Shown here in pieces: positions 27,587-37,007 of a stretch of DNA of 64,000 nucleotides (position 1 is the stretch's first letter; every line of letters begins with the position of its first letter). The notes under the pieces are model-generated. The model was given only the letters and a program-made list of their open reading frames with translations, ran no database searches and was not told the DNA's origin. A program made the position numbers and the translations under genes. The DNA lies in assembly GCA_963820525.1 (NCBI GenBank), contig CAWGAA010000001.1, forward strand, positions 1,888,001-1,952,000. The letters are read 5' to 3'. This stretch comes from an uncultured Spirochaetota bacterium. Its GTDB lineage: Bacteria > Spirochaetota > Spirochaetia > SZUA-6 > Fen-1364.

Positions 27587-29440
27587 ATGCCGCTTCATGG
27601 GTCTCCAACCGAGAGATTCGCGCGGATTGAAGCGGCGTTCGCCGCGGACGGCTTTACGGTGCGCTATTTCCCGGACCCGGGTGACCCCGCCAAGCGCGCC
27701 GGCTACCGTGAGGTGGACGGGAGGATCGGCGTCATGGCCGAGCACGCGTCGGCGAAGAACCGAAAGACGGGCAAGCCGAAGAAGGCGTTCTACCTGGAGG
27801 GAGACAACCGAACGATGGGCTACCTCCTCGGGCTCATGGCCGAGGAGGATGTGGCGCGCATGACGGGCGAATACGCCGAAAACGTCGTGTTTGCCTTCTT
27901 CAATTCGGACGAGGCGGTGGCCGGGGGCGTCCTGGAACCCCTCAAGGACCTGCTCGTTCATCTCGTGTTCAAGGCCTCGGAGGGCATGAGGGACGATATC
28001 CCACGAGAGTACCAGGAGGAGCTGGAAGGGATCCTGGAGGGCTGCAGGGCCGCCAATCCCGCCACCACTGTGGAGGCGAGCCGGCTGTGGGCGCTCAACT
28101 TCGGCATCGACTGCGTTCTGGCCCATGTCTACACGGGCAAGCTCTTCAGCGCGATGGGAATAAAGCCGAGGGTCCTCAAGACCGCCCTGGCTTGCAATGC
28201 ATTTTCCATCTCCGGCGCGGCGGCGGGCGGGAAGCACTTCTTCGGCCGCGATTTCATGTTCCCGACCGCCGGCGTATTCCAGGACACGGCATGCCTCATC
28301 GTCTACAACCCGGATGACCGCGGGGAAAAGAGGCGGCACGCGTTCGCCAGCCAGACGGCTCCGGGCATTGTCGGCACAATGGCGGCCATGAACTCCGCCG
28401 GGGTGGCCATCGGCGTGAACATGCTCCCCAGCCCGTTCTGCGACCCGGATCGCCCCGGCTTCAACTCGCTGGCCCTCAGCCGCGATTGCGTCCAATACTG
28501 CTCATCAGCCGAAGAGGCGGTGGAGCGGATCGCCCAGGCGCCGCGCGGCGTATCGTGGCTCTACCCCGTGGCGGACGGCGGCGGGGCTGCGTACATGATC
28601 GAGGCGGGCCGCAGGCTCTCTCCGGGAGAGCGCTTCCCCTACTTCGCCTCCGTGCCCTGGTACTACCGCCGCCGCCTGCCCCGGCGGAGATACATCAGGC
28701 GGATGCGAATGCGATACGGGACCCCCGCGCCGCGCGGCGGGCTCATTGCGCGCGCGGGAGACTACCGCTATCCCGAGGACTATCTGCCGGACTGGAACGA
28801 GCGGCTGTACCGAGCTTTCAACAAGAATTGGCCGGCCAAGCTTCTGGATTTCATCCTCGACCTGCCCGGCATAGCGGCCGACGCGCTGGGGGGCAAGCTC
28901 GATGCGATGTGGAGGGACCTGAAAAGGGAGGTGGAAGAGCTCGCCGCCGGTGCCGATTTCTCTGAAGCGGATTTCTCCGAGCGCGGCCGCATCAACTCGA
29001 GCTGGGACGGCATCAACTGCCCCGGTCCCTTCTACTTCGCGCCGCAGCGCGAAAGCAGGGAGGACGTGGCGCTTGCCACCAATGCCTTCATCTCGCCCGA
29101 GATGCGGCTCACGGCCATGAGCGCATGGACGGCGATCCTCGCCAGGGCCAACCTCAATGACATCCAGTGGCGCTACGACGAGCTGAACAGGGAGATCCTC
29201 GAAGCCCTGGACGCCTCTCCCGGCGGAATCGACGAGCCGACGGCATGGCGGCTCGTCAACTTCCTCGCCTCGGACGGGGCCTTCCCCGCGTACTACAACC
29301 CCGAAGGGAAGCTCGACTGGCGGGACGTGAAGGTCCACGGAAGCGTCACCCTCTGCGAGCTCACGGGAAAAACGATGAAAAGCCTCTTCGGCTATTACGG
29401 GGACAGCCCCGTCACGATCCACCTCGCCGGCTACCTGTAG
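27587..29440 (+). CDS. Putative C45/acid-ceramidase-like Ntn hydrolase (autoproteolytic Cys amidase/acyltransferase)
   Basis: IPREYQEELEGI pro-domain pattern, then LA|CNAFSI, FFGRDF, AMNSAGVAIG and ATN. GGAGG RBS. Confidence 0.6.
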   Translation: MPLHGSPTERFARIEAAFAADGFTVRYFPDPGDPAKRAGYREVDGRIGVMAEHASAKNRKTGKPKKAFYLEGDNRTMGYLLGLMAEEDVARMTGEYAENVVFAFFNSDEAVAGGVLEPLKDLLVHLVFKASEGMRDDIPREYQEELEGILEGCRAANPATTVEASRLWALNFGIDCVLAHVYTGKLFSAMGIKPRVLKTALACNAFSISGAAAGGKHFFGRDFMFPTAGVFQDTACLIVYNPDDRGEKRRHAFASQTAPGIVGTMAAMNSAGVAIGVNMLPSPFCDPDRPGFNSLALSRDCVQYCSSAEEAVERIAQAPRGVSWLYPVADGGGAAYMIEAGRRLSPGERFPYFASVPWYYRRRLPRRRYIRRMRMRYGTPAPRGGLIARAGDYRYPEDYLPDWNERLYRAFNKNWPAKLLDFILDLPGIAADALGGKLDAMWRDLKREVEELAAGADFSEADFSERGRINSSWDGINCPGPFYFAPQRESREDVALATNAFISPEMRLTAMSAWTAILARANLNDIQWRYDELNREILEALDASPGGIDEPTAWRLVNFLASDGAFPAYYNPEGKLDWRDVKVHGSVTLCELTGKTMKSLFGYYGDSPVTIHLAGYL

Positions 29441-29455
29441 CCGGCGCGGGCTCCC

Positions 29456-30538
29456 CTACTCCCCCGCCTTCACGCGGGTCCAGACCTGGTCGTACAGCGA
29501 GGTCGCCTCCCGAACGTCCTCAAGCATCACCATCTTGGAGCTCTGCTCGGGCGTGGGATACACGCGCGGGTCGGCTCTCACGGCGGCATCGATCAGGGGC
29601 AGGCTCGCCTCGTTCGGGGTGGCGTAGGAGAGGAAGTTCGAGAGCTGGGCGCCCACGTCGGCCTGGAGGATGAAGTCGATGAAGCGATAGGCGCCCTCGG
29701 GGTTTGGGGCCTTGGCGGGAACCGTCATCGCGTCCACCCAGATGATCGTCCCCTCGCGGGGGAGGGCGAAATCGGTGTTCTCGTCCAGGCGGGAGACGGC
29801 GTCTCCGTTGTACGCCACCGCCACCCACGCGTCTCCCGCCAGCACCTTCGCCACGCTGTCGGGGCTGCCGTAGAAGCCCACCATCTTCTTTGTGCGCGCG
29901 CCGCGCAGAACGTCTCCCGCCGCGGAAAGCTCTTTGGCAGAGCGGGTGTTCGGCGAAAAGCCCCGCGAAAAGAGGGCCGCCGCCATCAGGTCACGCATCG
30001 AGTCCAGAAGCACCACCGGCCCCGGCTGTTTGGCGGGATCGAGCACCATGGACCAGGAGGCCGAGAAGCGCGGCAGCTTGTCCTTCCTGTAGACGAGCCC
30101 CATGGTGCCCCACTGATAGGGCAGGCTGTACTTTCCGTCGGGGTCGTAGGCGGGCTTCAAGAAGCGGGCGCTGACGTTTTTGGCGTTGGGAATCCTGGAC
30201 AGATCCAGCGGCCGGAAGGCGCCCTGCGCCGCCATGGTCCTGATGGCGTGGTCCGACACCACGAGCACGTCGTATTGATCTCCGGCGCTGGCGACCTTGC
30301 TCATCATGGTCTCCGTGTTCTCGTAGGTATCCAGAACCACGGTGAGGCCCGTCTCCTTCTGGAAACGCTCCACCAGCTTGGGATCGATGTATTCGGACCA
30401 CATGAATACGGTGACGCTGCCTTTGACGACCTTTGCGCCGGCCGTGGAAGCCGTATTGCCCGACGGTGCCTGCCTGGAGCAGGCGACGACGAGCGCGAGG
30501 GGCAGAAGTATCGCGATAATCCTCTTCATCTCTTTCAT
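29456..30538 (-). CDS. potD: Spermidine/putrescine ABC substrate-binding lipoprotein
   Basis: Lipobox VVAC, WSEYID, PYQWGT, YNGD and EGTIIWVD. ATGA overlap with the potC stop. Confidence 0.85.
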   Translation of the reverse strand: MKEMKRIIAILLPLALVVACSRQAPSGNTASTAGAKVVKGSVTVFMWSEYIDPKLVERFQKETGLTVVLDTYENTETMMSKVASAGDQYDVLVVSDHAIRTMAAQGAFRPLDLSRIPNAKNVSARFLKPAYDPDGKYSLPYQWGTMGLVYRKDKLPRFSASWSMVLDPAKQPGPVVLLDSMRDLMAAALFSRGFSPNTRSAKELSAAGDVLRGARTKKMVGFYGSPDSVAKVLAGDAWVAVAYNGDAVSRLDENTDFALPREGTIIWVDAMTVPAKAPNPEGAYRFIDFILQADVGAQLSNFLSYATPNEASLPLIDAAVRADPRVYPTPEQSSKMVMLEDVREATSLYDQVWTRVKAGE

Positions 30539-31340
30539 TCCTCCCGGGGGCTCCTCACGAGGAGCTGAAGCATGAGCACGAGTGACACCGTCACCAGGAA
30601 TACGATCGTGGAAAGGGCGTGAATCTCCGGCGTGATCCCCCTGCGAAGCGAGCCGTAGATGTACAGCGGCAGCGTGACGGAAGAGGGCCCGGAGGTGAAG
30701 AAGCTGATGACGAAATCGTCGAGGGACAGGGTGAAGGCGAGCATCGCGCCGGCCACCACGCCGGGCGCCAAAAGCGGAAACGTGACGCGCCGCAGGGCGT
30801 ACCACGTGCCGGCATACAGGTCCCGGGCCGCTTCCTCCACGGAGCGTCCGATGGTGGCCAGGCGGCTTCCCACCACCAGGGCCACGAAGGAGATCTGGAA
30901 GGTGACATGCGCCGCGATCATCGTCCCCATCCCCAGCCGCAGCCCGCCCACGATCTGGCGCGCCGCCTCGAAGGCCAGAAGCATTCCCACGGCGAAGACG
31001 ATGTCCGGGGTCACCACGGGCACGTAGACCACCGCGTCGATCATGCGGCGCATCCACCGGGGCCAGGGAAACCTCTCTCCAGGCCCAGGGCCAGAAGCGT
31101 GCCCAGCGCCGTGGCGACCACCGTGGAGACCGTTGCAAGGAGCAGGGTGTTCCCCGCGGCCGTCAGCACAACCGTGTTATGGGCGAGGGATGCGTACCAC
31201 CTGAGGCTGAATCCCTTCCACGCGACGCCGAAGCGCGAGGCGTTGAGCGAAAGGGCGGCAACGGCAAGGAGGGGGAGGTACAGGAAGACAAAGGTGAAGA
31301 GGGCGATCCCGCTGAACGCGGGGTGCAGCCTGCGCTTCAC
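30535..31340 (-). pseudogene. potC: Polyamine ABC permease with a frameshift in a (GA)n run near 31072-31080 (possibly an assembly error)
   Basis: 5' ORF FLYLPL...WKGFSLRWY...ALGLER. 3' frame RFPWPRWMRRMIDAVVYVPVVTPDIV...EEAARDL...FTLSLDDFV. Confidence 0.85.
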
Positions 31341-32245
31341 AGGACCGTCACCTCGTCGCCGGAGCGGCGCAGGACGAGCAGCCCCACCATGGTGATGAAA
31401 GTCAGCACGAGGCTCACCGCCGCGCCGAAGGGGAAATCGCGGCTGACTCCGAACTGGTGCTGGATGAGGTTTCCCAGCATCCAGGTCTTGCCGCCGCCCA
31501 GGAGGTCGGGGACGACGAAAGCCCCCATTGCCGGGATGAAGGTGAGGATCACGGCGGTGACAAGGCCGGGAAGGGTCTGGGGAAAGATGGCGTGGAAGAA
31601 CACGCGCGCGTTTCCCGCATACAGGTCCCTGCTCGCCTCCACCAGGGCCCAGTCGAGCTTCTCAACGTTTGTGTAGAGGGGAAGCACGGCAAAGGGAAGC
31701 GAGTTGGACACCATGCCGATGTACAGGGCCAGGGTGGAAGGGTAGAGGGCGGCCGCCGGGTCTATGAGGTGAAGCGCCTGGGCGATGAGGGCGGGGGGCA
31801 TCTGGTTTCCCAGGAGGAGCATCCAGGCGTACGTGCGGATCACCAGGTTGGTGCAGAAGGGGATGATGATCAGCGTGAGCCACAGGTAGCGGCGGGCGCG
31901 CGGCCGCGCGGCGATGAAGAAGGCCAGGGGATACGCGAGGGCGATGCTCGCAAGCGTCGTGACGCCGGAAACGACGAGGGTCCCGCCGAGGATTGTGAGG
32001 TAGGCCCTCGTCCAGCCGAAGGCATCGAATCCCGCAAGGCGGCTGAAGTTTGCCAGGGTGAAGGTCCACGAGATGTCGCCCGCGGCGCCCCGTGTGGCCG
32101 CGGACCAGGCGATCATCGCGCCCAGGGGAACGACCAGGAGGAGGGTGATCCAGACCAGGGGGAGAGCCATGAGGGCCAGACCGCGCGCCGTGAGCTTTCT
32201 GGTGGTGGCAAGCTCCCCGTACCAGACGAGGAGCCTATTCACCAA
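31337..32245 (-). CDS. potB: Polyamine ABC permease
   Basis: LAYPLA, IRTYAW, LPFAVLPLY, EASRDL and DLLGG. Confidence 0.88.
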   Translation of the reverse strand: MVNRLLVWYGELATTRKLTARGLALMALPLVWITLLLVVPLGAMIAWSAATRGAAGDISWTFTLANFSRLAGFDAFGWTRAYLTILGGTLVVSGVTTLASIALAYPLAFFIAARPRARRYLWLTLIIIPFCTNLVIRTYAWMLLLGNQMPPALIAQALHLIDPAAALYPSTLALYIGMVSNSLPFAVLPLYTNVEKLDWALVEASRDLYAGNARVFFHAIFPQTLPGLVTAVILTFIPAMGAFVVPDLLGGGKTWMLGNLIQHQFGVSRDFPFGAAVSLVLTFITMVGLLVLRRSGDEVTVL

Positions 32246-33374
32246 GCGCCTCCAGGTGCCGGGCGGGAAGCTCGAGCCAGACCTGCTGCCCGGGCTTCAG
32301 GGAGGCGCCCGGAGAGCTGCGCAGATGCAGGTTGGCCGGCTGGGCGAACACGTCGAGATGATCCCCGCGGTAGATGACCTCGCTGATGATGGCCTTCACC
32401 CCATTGGTCTCGGGCCGGTTGGCCCGAACGAGGATCCTCTCCGGCCGGATCGAGAGCACGCCGCGTTCCCACGACGGATGCTCGCGCACCGCGAACGTCC
32501 CCACGTCCGTGTGGACGGAACCGTTGTTCCGCCACGCGGGGATGAGGTTCGTGGTTCCCAGAAACTCGGCCACGAAACGGTTTGCGGGGCGGTCGTACAC
32601 CTCGGCGGGACGGCCGGACTGCACGATCTTCCCCTCCCGCATGACGAAGATCCGGTCGCTCACCGTCATGGCCTCGTTCTGGTCGTGGGTGACCAGGACG
32701 AAGGTCTTTCCCAGCTGGCGCTGGAGCCTGCGAAGCTCGAGCTGAACTTCAGCCCTGAGCTTGGCATCGAGCGCGGACATCGGCTCGTCAAGGAGGAGAA
32801 CGTCGGGCTGGTTCACCAGGGCGCGGGCAAGGGCCACGCGCTGCTTCTGCCCGCCGGAGAGCTGAGAGGTGCGCCGACGGGCCATCTCCTCCAGATGGAG
32901 CATCTCCATGGCGGAATCCACCCTTCGCCCTACTTCCTCGCGGGCGAACCTGCGCGCCCGAAGGCCGAATGCGATGTTCTCGAATACGTTGAGATGGGGA
33001 AAAAGGGCGTAGTTCTGGAAGACAGTATTGACGGGACGGCGGTTTGCCGGAAGACCGGTGATGTCGAAGCCGCCGAGGGCGACATGCCCGCAGTCTGCGG
33101 TTTCGAGCCCCGCGACGATCCGAAGGAGCGTGGTCTTGCCGCACCCCGACGGACCGAGGATGGTTACGAACTCCCCGCTCGCGACGCCGAGGGAAACCCT
33201 GTCGAGAGCCGCGACAGACCCGAAACGCTTCGAGACCTCGCTGACGGCGAGCTCGCATCCCCGGGCTTCATCCGCGGCCGCCCCGATCGCGAGCAGAGCA
33301 GCGTCGGCGCCGTGCGCGGGGTTGCCATCGATGGCCGGTGCAGCGGCGCCGGAGAAGTTGTACGGTGTTTCCAA
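32235..33374 (-). CDS. potA: Polyamine ABC ATPase
   Basis: GPSGCGKTT, RPVNTVFQNYALFPH and LSGGQKQRVALARA. TTG start behind GGAGG. Confidence 0.88.
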   Translation of the reverse strand: METPYNFSGAAAPAIDGNPAHGADAALLAIGAAADEARGCELAVSEVSKRFGSVAALDRVSLGVASGEFVTILGPSGCGKTTLLRIVAGLETADCGHVALGGFDITGLPANRRPVNTVFQNYALFPHLNVFENIAFGLRARRFAREEVGRRVDSAMEMLHLEEMARRRTSQLSGGQKQRVALARALVNQPDVLLLDEPMSALDAKLRAEVQLELRRLQRQLGKTFVLVTHDQNEAMTVSDRIFVMREGKIVQSGRPAEVYDRPANRFVAEFLGTTNLIPAWRNNGSVHTDVGTFAVREHPSWERGVLSIRPERILVRANRPETNGVKAIISEVIYRGDHLDVFAQPANLHLRSSPGASLKPGQQVWLELPARHLEALGE

Positions 33375-33596
33375 CTCAGATGGTCCTCCTCGCTTTCGTG
33401 AACGCTGAAATCAGGACACGAAGCCTCCCGAACGGACCGATCGCTTCTTCCTTGTGGCCGCAGTTTATTCGATATGGGACGGTTTATGCAAGAGTTTTTT
33501 TTGCGGTACAGCCCTAGTCCATGGATGGACGGAGGCCGGCGAAGCCCTGCGGCGGCTCGCGAAGCGAACGCCGCGTTGGATGGCGGGAGCCGGCCC

Positions 33597-35903
33597 CTAT
33601 TCCTTTTTCTTTTTCAGAAGATCGGCGAATGGGTTGTAGACCGTGTCGCCCCTAGGGCTATCGGCGGAGGGGCGGGGCGCGTCGGGGCGCGGCGCGTCGG
33701 ACCTCGGGCTCCGCACACCCTTGGCGCCGGGCTCGGTCCTCCGCGCGCCCGCGGGCCTCAGGCTCAAGCCGATCCGCTTTCTCGGGGCATCCAGTGAAAT
33801 GATTCGAAACTCGCGCGTGTCGCCCACCTTGAGAACGCTCATCGGGTCCTTCACGAACCCTTCCGCCATCTCGGAAATGTGCAGCAGAGCCGTCTCCTTG
33901 ATGCCGATGTCCACGAAAGCGCCGAAATCGACGACGTTCTTCACCTTGCCCGTGACCTTCATCCCCTCCTTGAGGTCCTCGAATCCGAGCACCCCCTGCT
34001 GGAGGATGGGCATGGGGTAGTCCTCGCGTGGGTCACGGTTTGGCTTGGCAAGCTCGGAGGTGATGTCTTGAATCGTCGTCTCTCCCACGCCGTAGCGGGC
34101 CTTCAGCTCCTCCTTCTTCTCACGGGAGAGGCCCGCTGCTGCCGCCCTGGCCAGGGGAAGCATCTCAGCGGCAAGGGAGTAGTTCTCGGGGTGCACCCAG
34201 GTGTTGTCCAGCGGATTGGAGCTCTCCGGGATCTTGAGAAACCCGGCGCATTGCTCGAAGCTCTTCGGCCCCATTCCCGGCACCGCCATCAGGAGCTCGC
34301 GGGAGGAGATCCTTCCCTCCTGCTCGCGGAACTTCACGATCTTCCTGGCAAGGGACGCGTTGATGCCGGAAACGTATTTCAGCAGGGAGGGCGAGGCGGT
34401 ATTGAGATTGACGCCGACATTGTTCACGACGGACCCCACGGTCTCATCCAGCGTCTCGGAGAGCTTCCTCCGGTCCACGTCATGCTGGTACAGGCCCACC
34501 CCGATGGACTTGGGGTCGATCTTCACCAGCTCGGCGAGCGGGTCCTGCAGGCGGCGGCCGATGCTGACGGCTCCCCGGATCGTCAGGTCGAGCTCGGGAA
34601 ACTCCTCCCGCGCCACGTCGCTTGCCGAGTAGACCGAGGCGCCGTCCTCATCGACCACGGTGTACTTCGCTTCAAGGTCGTTCTCCGAGATTGCATCGGA
34701 AACGGCCCTTCTCACCTCATGGCTCGCCGTTCCGTTTCCCACGGCGATCAGCTGCAGGTTGTGCTTCTTCACGGCCTCGGCGATCGCCTTCTTCGCTCCG
34801 GCGAGGTCCCTCTCCTGGTTCATCACGAAGTACCCGAGGAGCTTTCCCGTCTCGTCCAATGCAACGCACTTGGATCCCGTGCGGATTCCGGGGTCGATTC
34901 CCAGCACCCGCGTGCCTTTTATGGGCGGCTGCATGAGGAGGTTGCGGAGGTTCAGGCTGAAGATGCCGATTCCGTGCTCGTCGGCCCGTGATGCGGCATC
35001 CACCCGTATCTCGCGCAGCACCGCCGGAGAGAGAAGGCGGCGAAGCCCGTCATCGATGGCCTCGCCATGGAAGCGGTTCGCCACGGTGACGCGCCCTTGA
35101 AGAAGACCGGACGCGGCGTCCTCGTCCACCTCGATCTTCACGGCGAGCTCCCCTTCCCTCTCCCCGCGGTTCACGGCCATAACGCGGTGGGGCCTGAGAG
35201 TCGAAAGCGGCTCCCTGTAGTCCCAGTACATCCCGTAGGTGGACTGCTCCTTCTTCTTGTCATCCCCGACGCCCTTCACAACGAGGCTTCCCGTCCCGAG
35301 ATAGAGGGCCTTCACGGCGGCGCGGGTTTCAGCGTCCTGGGAAACGTTCTCGGCCACGATGTCCATGGCCCCCCGAATGGCTTCTTCGGCGCTCGCCACG
35401 GAGAGCTCCGGATGCTCCGCATCCTGCCGTATGAAATCCCCGGCCCGGCCCCGGACCGCATCCTCGCCCTCCGAGCACAGGATGCGCGCCAGCGGCTCCA
35501 GCCCCTTCTCCCGGGCGATCATCCCCCGGGTCTTTTTCTTCTTCCTAAAGGGCGCGTAGATATCCTCCAGGCTGGAAAGGGTGTCGCATCTTCGAAGGTT
35601 TTCGTAGAGATCCTCGCTGAGCTTGCCCTGGGAGAAGACGGCCCTGATGATCTCCAGGCGGCGCTCCTCGAGGTTCCCGTAGGAAACAAGGCGATGGGAA
35701 ACCTCGCGCACCTGCACCTCGTCCAGGCTGCCGGTGAGCTCTTTTCTGTACCTGCTGATGAAGGGGACCGTGCAGCCATCCCTGATGAGGCGCACCGTGG
35801 CGGAGACCTGCGCCGGCTTCACGGAAAGCTCCCCCGCTATGCGATCTGCGATGGCCGCCTCGTTTACGGCGAGACCGGCAATGAACTCCTCGGTAAGCTG
35901 CAT
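33597..35903 (-). CDS. tex: Tex/YhgF RNA-binding transcription accessory protein
   Basis: TVPFISRYRKE, GIDPGIRTG, GNGTAS, GASVYSAS, RRLQDPLAELVKIDPKSIGVG and a C-terminal S1 domain. Confidence 0.93.
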   Translation of the reverse strand: MQLTEEFIAGLAVNEAAIADRIAGELSVKPAQVSATVRLIRDGCTVPFISRYRKELTGSLDEVQVREVSHRLVSYGNLEERRLEIIRAVFSQGKLSEDLYENLRRCDTLSSLEDIYAPFRKKKKTRGMIAREKGLEPLARILCSEGEDAVRGRAGDFIRQDAEHPELSVASAEEAIRGAMDIVAENVSQDAETRAAVKALYLGTGSLVVKGVGDDKKKEQSTYGMYWDYREPLSTLRPHRVMAVNRGEREGELAVKIEVDEDAASGLLQGRVTVANRFHGEAIDDGLRRLLSPAVLREIRVDAASRADEHGIGIFSLNLRNLLMQPPIKGTRVLGIDPGIRTGSKCVALDETGKLLGYFVMNQERDLAGAKKAIAEAVKKHNLQLIAVGNGTASHEVRRAVSDAISENDLEAKYTVVDEDGASVYSASDVAREEFPELDLTIRGAVSIGRRLQDPLAELVKIDPKSIGVGLYQHDVDRRKLSETLDETVGSVVNNVGVNLNTASPSLLKYVSGINASLARKIVKFREQEGRISSRELLMAVPGMGPKSFEQCAGFLKIPESSNPLDNTWVHPENYSLAAEMLPLARAAAAGLSREKKEELKARYGVGETTIQDITSELAKPNRDPREDYPMPILQQGVLGFEDLKEGMKVTGKVKNVVDFGAFVDIGIKETALLHISEMAEGFVKDPMSVLKVGDTREFRIISLDAPRKRIGLSLRPAGARRTEPGAKGVRSPRSDAPRPDAPRPSADSPRGDTVYNPFADLLKKKKE

Positions 35904-35907
35904 CGAA

Positions 35908-36177
35908 TCACCTCATGATGGGCCTGGATTGTGGAGCGCCAATGTAGCAGAAGCCCGAAGGACTGTCGAGTGAGACCCAGCAGACCGTCTTCTCGGTGCC
36001 GGGAATGATCCCGGGGACCGTCGCTTCCTGTCGCGCGATATATTCGTCGAGGTATTGGGGAAGCCCGACAAATGTGGTACACGGCGAGGCTCCCGCCCGC
36101 TGAAGAGAAAGAGGCGCAGAGCAGGGATATGCGATGCAGGCTTTAAAGCCCGCGGTTGTTTCCAGAGAATACGGCAA
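35908..36177 (-). pseudogene. Possible remnant of an alpha/beta-hydrolase N-terminus
   Basis: LDEYIARQEATVPGIIPGTEKTVCW (about 36051-35977) resembles, from memory, the segment preceding the HGF motif in a family of alpha/beta hydrolases. No catalytic region follows. Confidence 0.3.
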
Positions 36178-36286
36178 ATGCGGCGACAGGATAGGGCCGA
36201 AAAACCGAGAAAGTCAAGGCCTGATCAGACAGTGGATGGAGAGCCCGTTCTTGGGGTAGATTCAATGCAATTATGCGGGAGGAGCG

Positions 36287-36904
36287 GTGGGGATCACGGA
36301 GTCTCTTGCGGCCTTCGGTACCGGAGTGATCGGCAGCATCGGGTATGCCGGCGTTTTTCTTCTCATGGTGGCGGAAAGCATGGTGCTGCCCATGCCCAGC
36401 GAGGCGGTGATGCCCTTCGCGGGGTTCCTCGTGGCGGAGGGCTCCCTCAGTCCCATCTGGGTGGTCGCCTTCGCCACGCTGGGAAGCATCGTGGGCTCGC
36501 TCGCCTCCTACGCGATCGGACGCTTCGGGGGAAAGCCCTTCCTGAGCCGCTTCGGCAAGTACCTCCTTTTGGACGAGAGGGACCTGGAGGCCACGGATAA
36601 ATTTTTCAGGAATCGCGGGAGCGTCACGATCTTCATCGCGCGTTTCATTCCCGTGGTCCGGCACCTGATCTCCATCCCCGCAGGGATGGGCAGCATGAGG
36701 ATCGTCCCCTTTGCCGTGTTCACCATCCTCGGGGCCGGAATGTGGAACGCCTTCCTCACCTGGTGCGGATACATCCTTCGACGCAACTGGTCCGTCGTGA
36801 TGCGTTACAGCCACATCATCGACATCGCTGTCGTGGCAATCCTCGCGGGGCTGATCGTTCTGTTCGTGGCGCGCCATCTCAGCCGAGCCAGGCGGGGAGC
36901 ATAG
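36287..36904 (+). CDS. DedA-family membrane protein
   Basis: LMVAES..PMPSEAVMPFAG, ARFIPVVRHLISIPAG. Confidence 0.9.
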   Translation: MGITESLAAFGTGVIGSIGYAGVFLLMVAESMVLPMPSEAVMPFAGFLVAEGSLSPIWVVAFATLGSIVGSLASYAIGRFGGKPFLSRFGKYLLLDERDLEATDKFFRNRGSVTIFIARFIPVVRHLISIPAGMGSMRIVPFAVFTILGAGMWNAFLTWCGYILRRNWSVVMRYSHIIDIAVVAILAGLIVLFVARHLSRARRGA

Positions 36905-37007
36905 AGGCGGCGTTCCTCGGATGTCCTCGAGGCCCACGCGCGGGAAGTGCGCCTTTTTTCAAATGCATTCTTGACATTTCGCCGTTCCCCGCAGAAACTT
37001 ACCCTCC

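Noticed and set aside
30539..31138. Apparent 560-aa PotD with a long N-terminal extension
   Set aside because: It is an alternate frame over potC. PotD begins at ATG 30538 with an RBS and lipobox.
33375..33596. Possible riboswitch upstream of potA
   Set aside because: Only a GC hairpin and a plausible TTGCAT/TAAACT promoter are visible. I recognise no aptamer motif.
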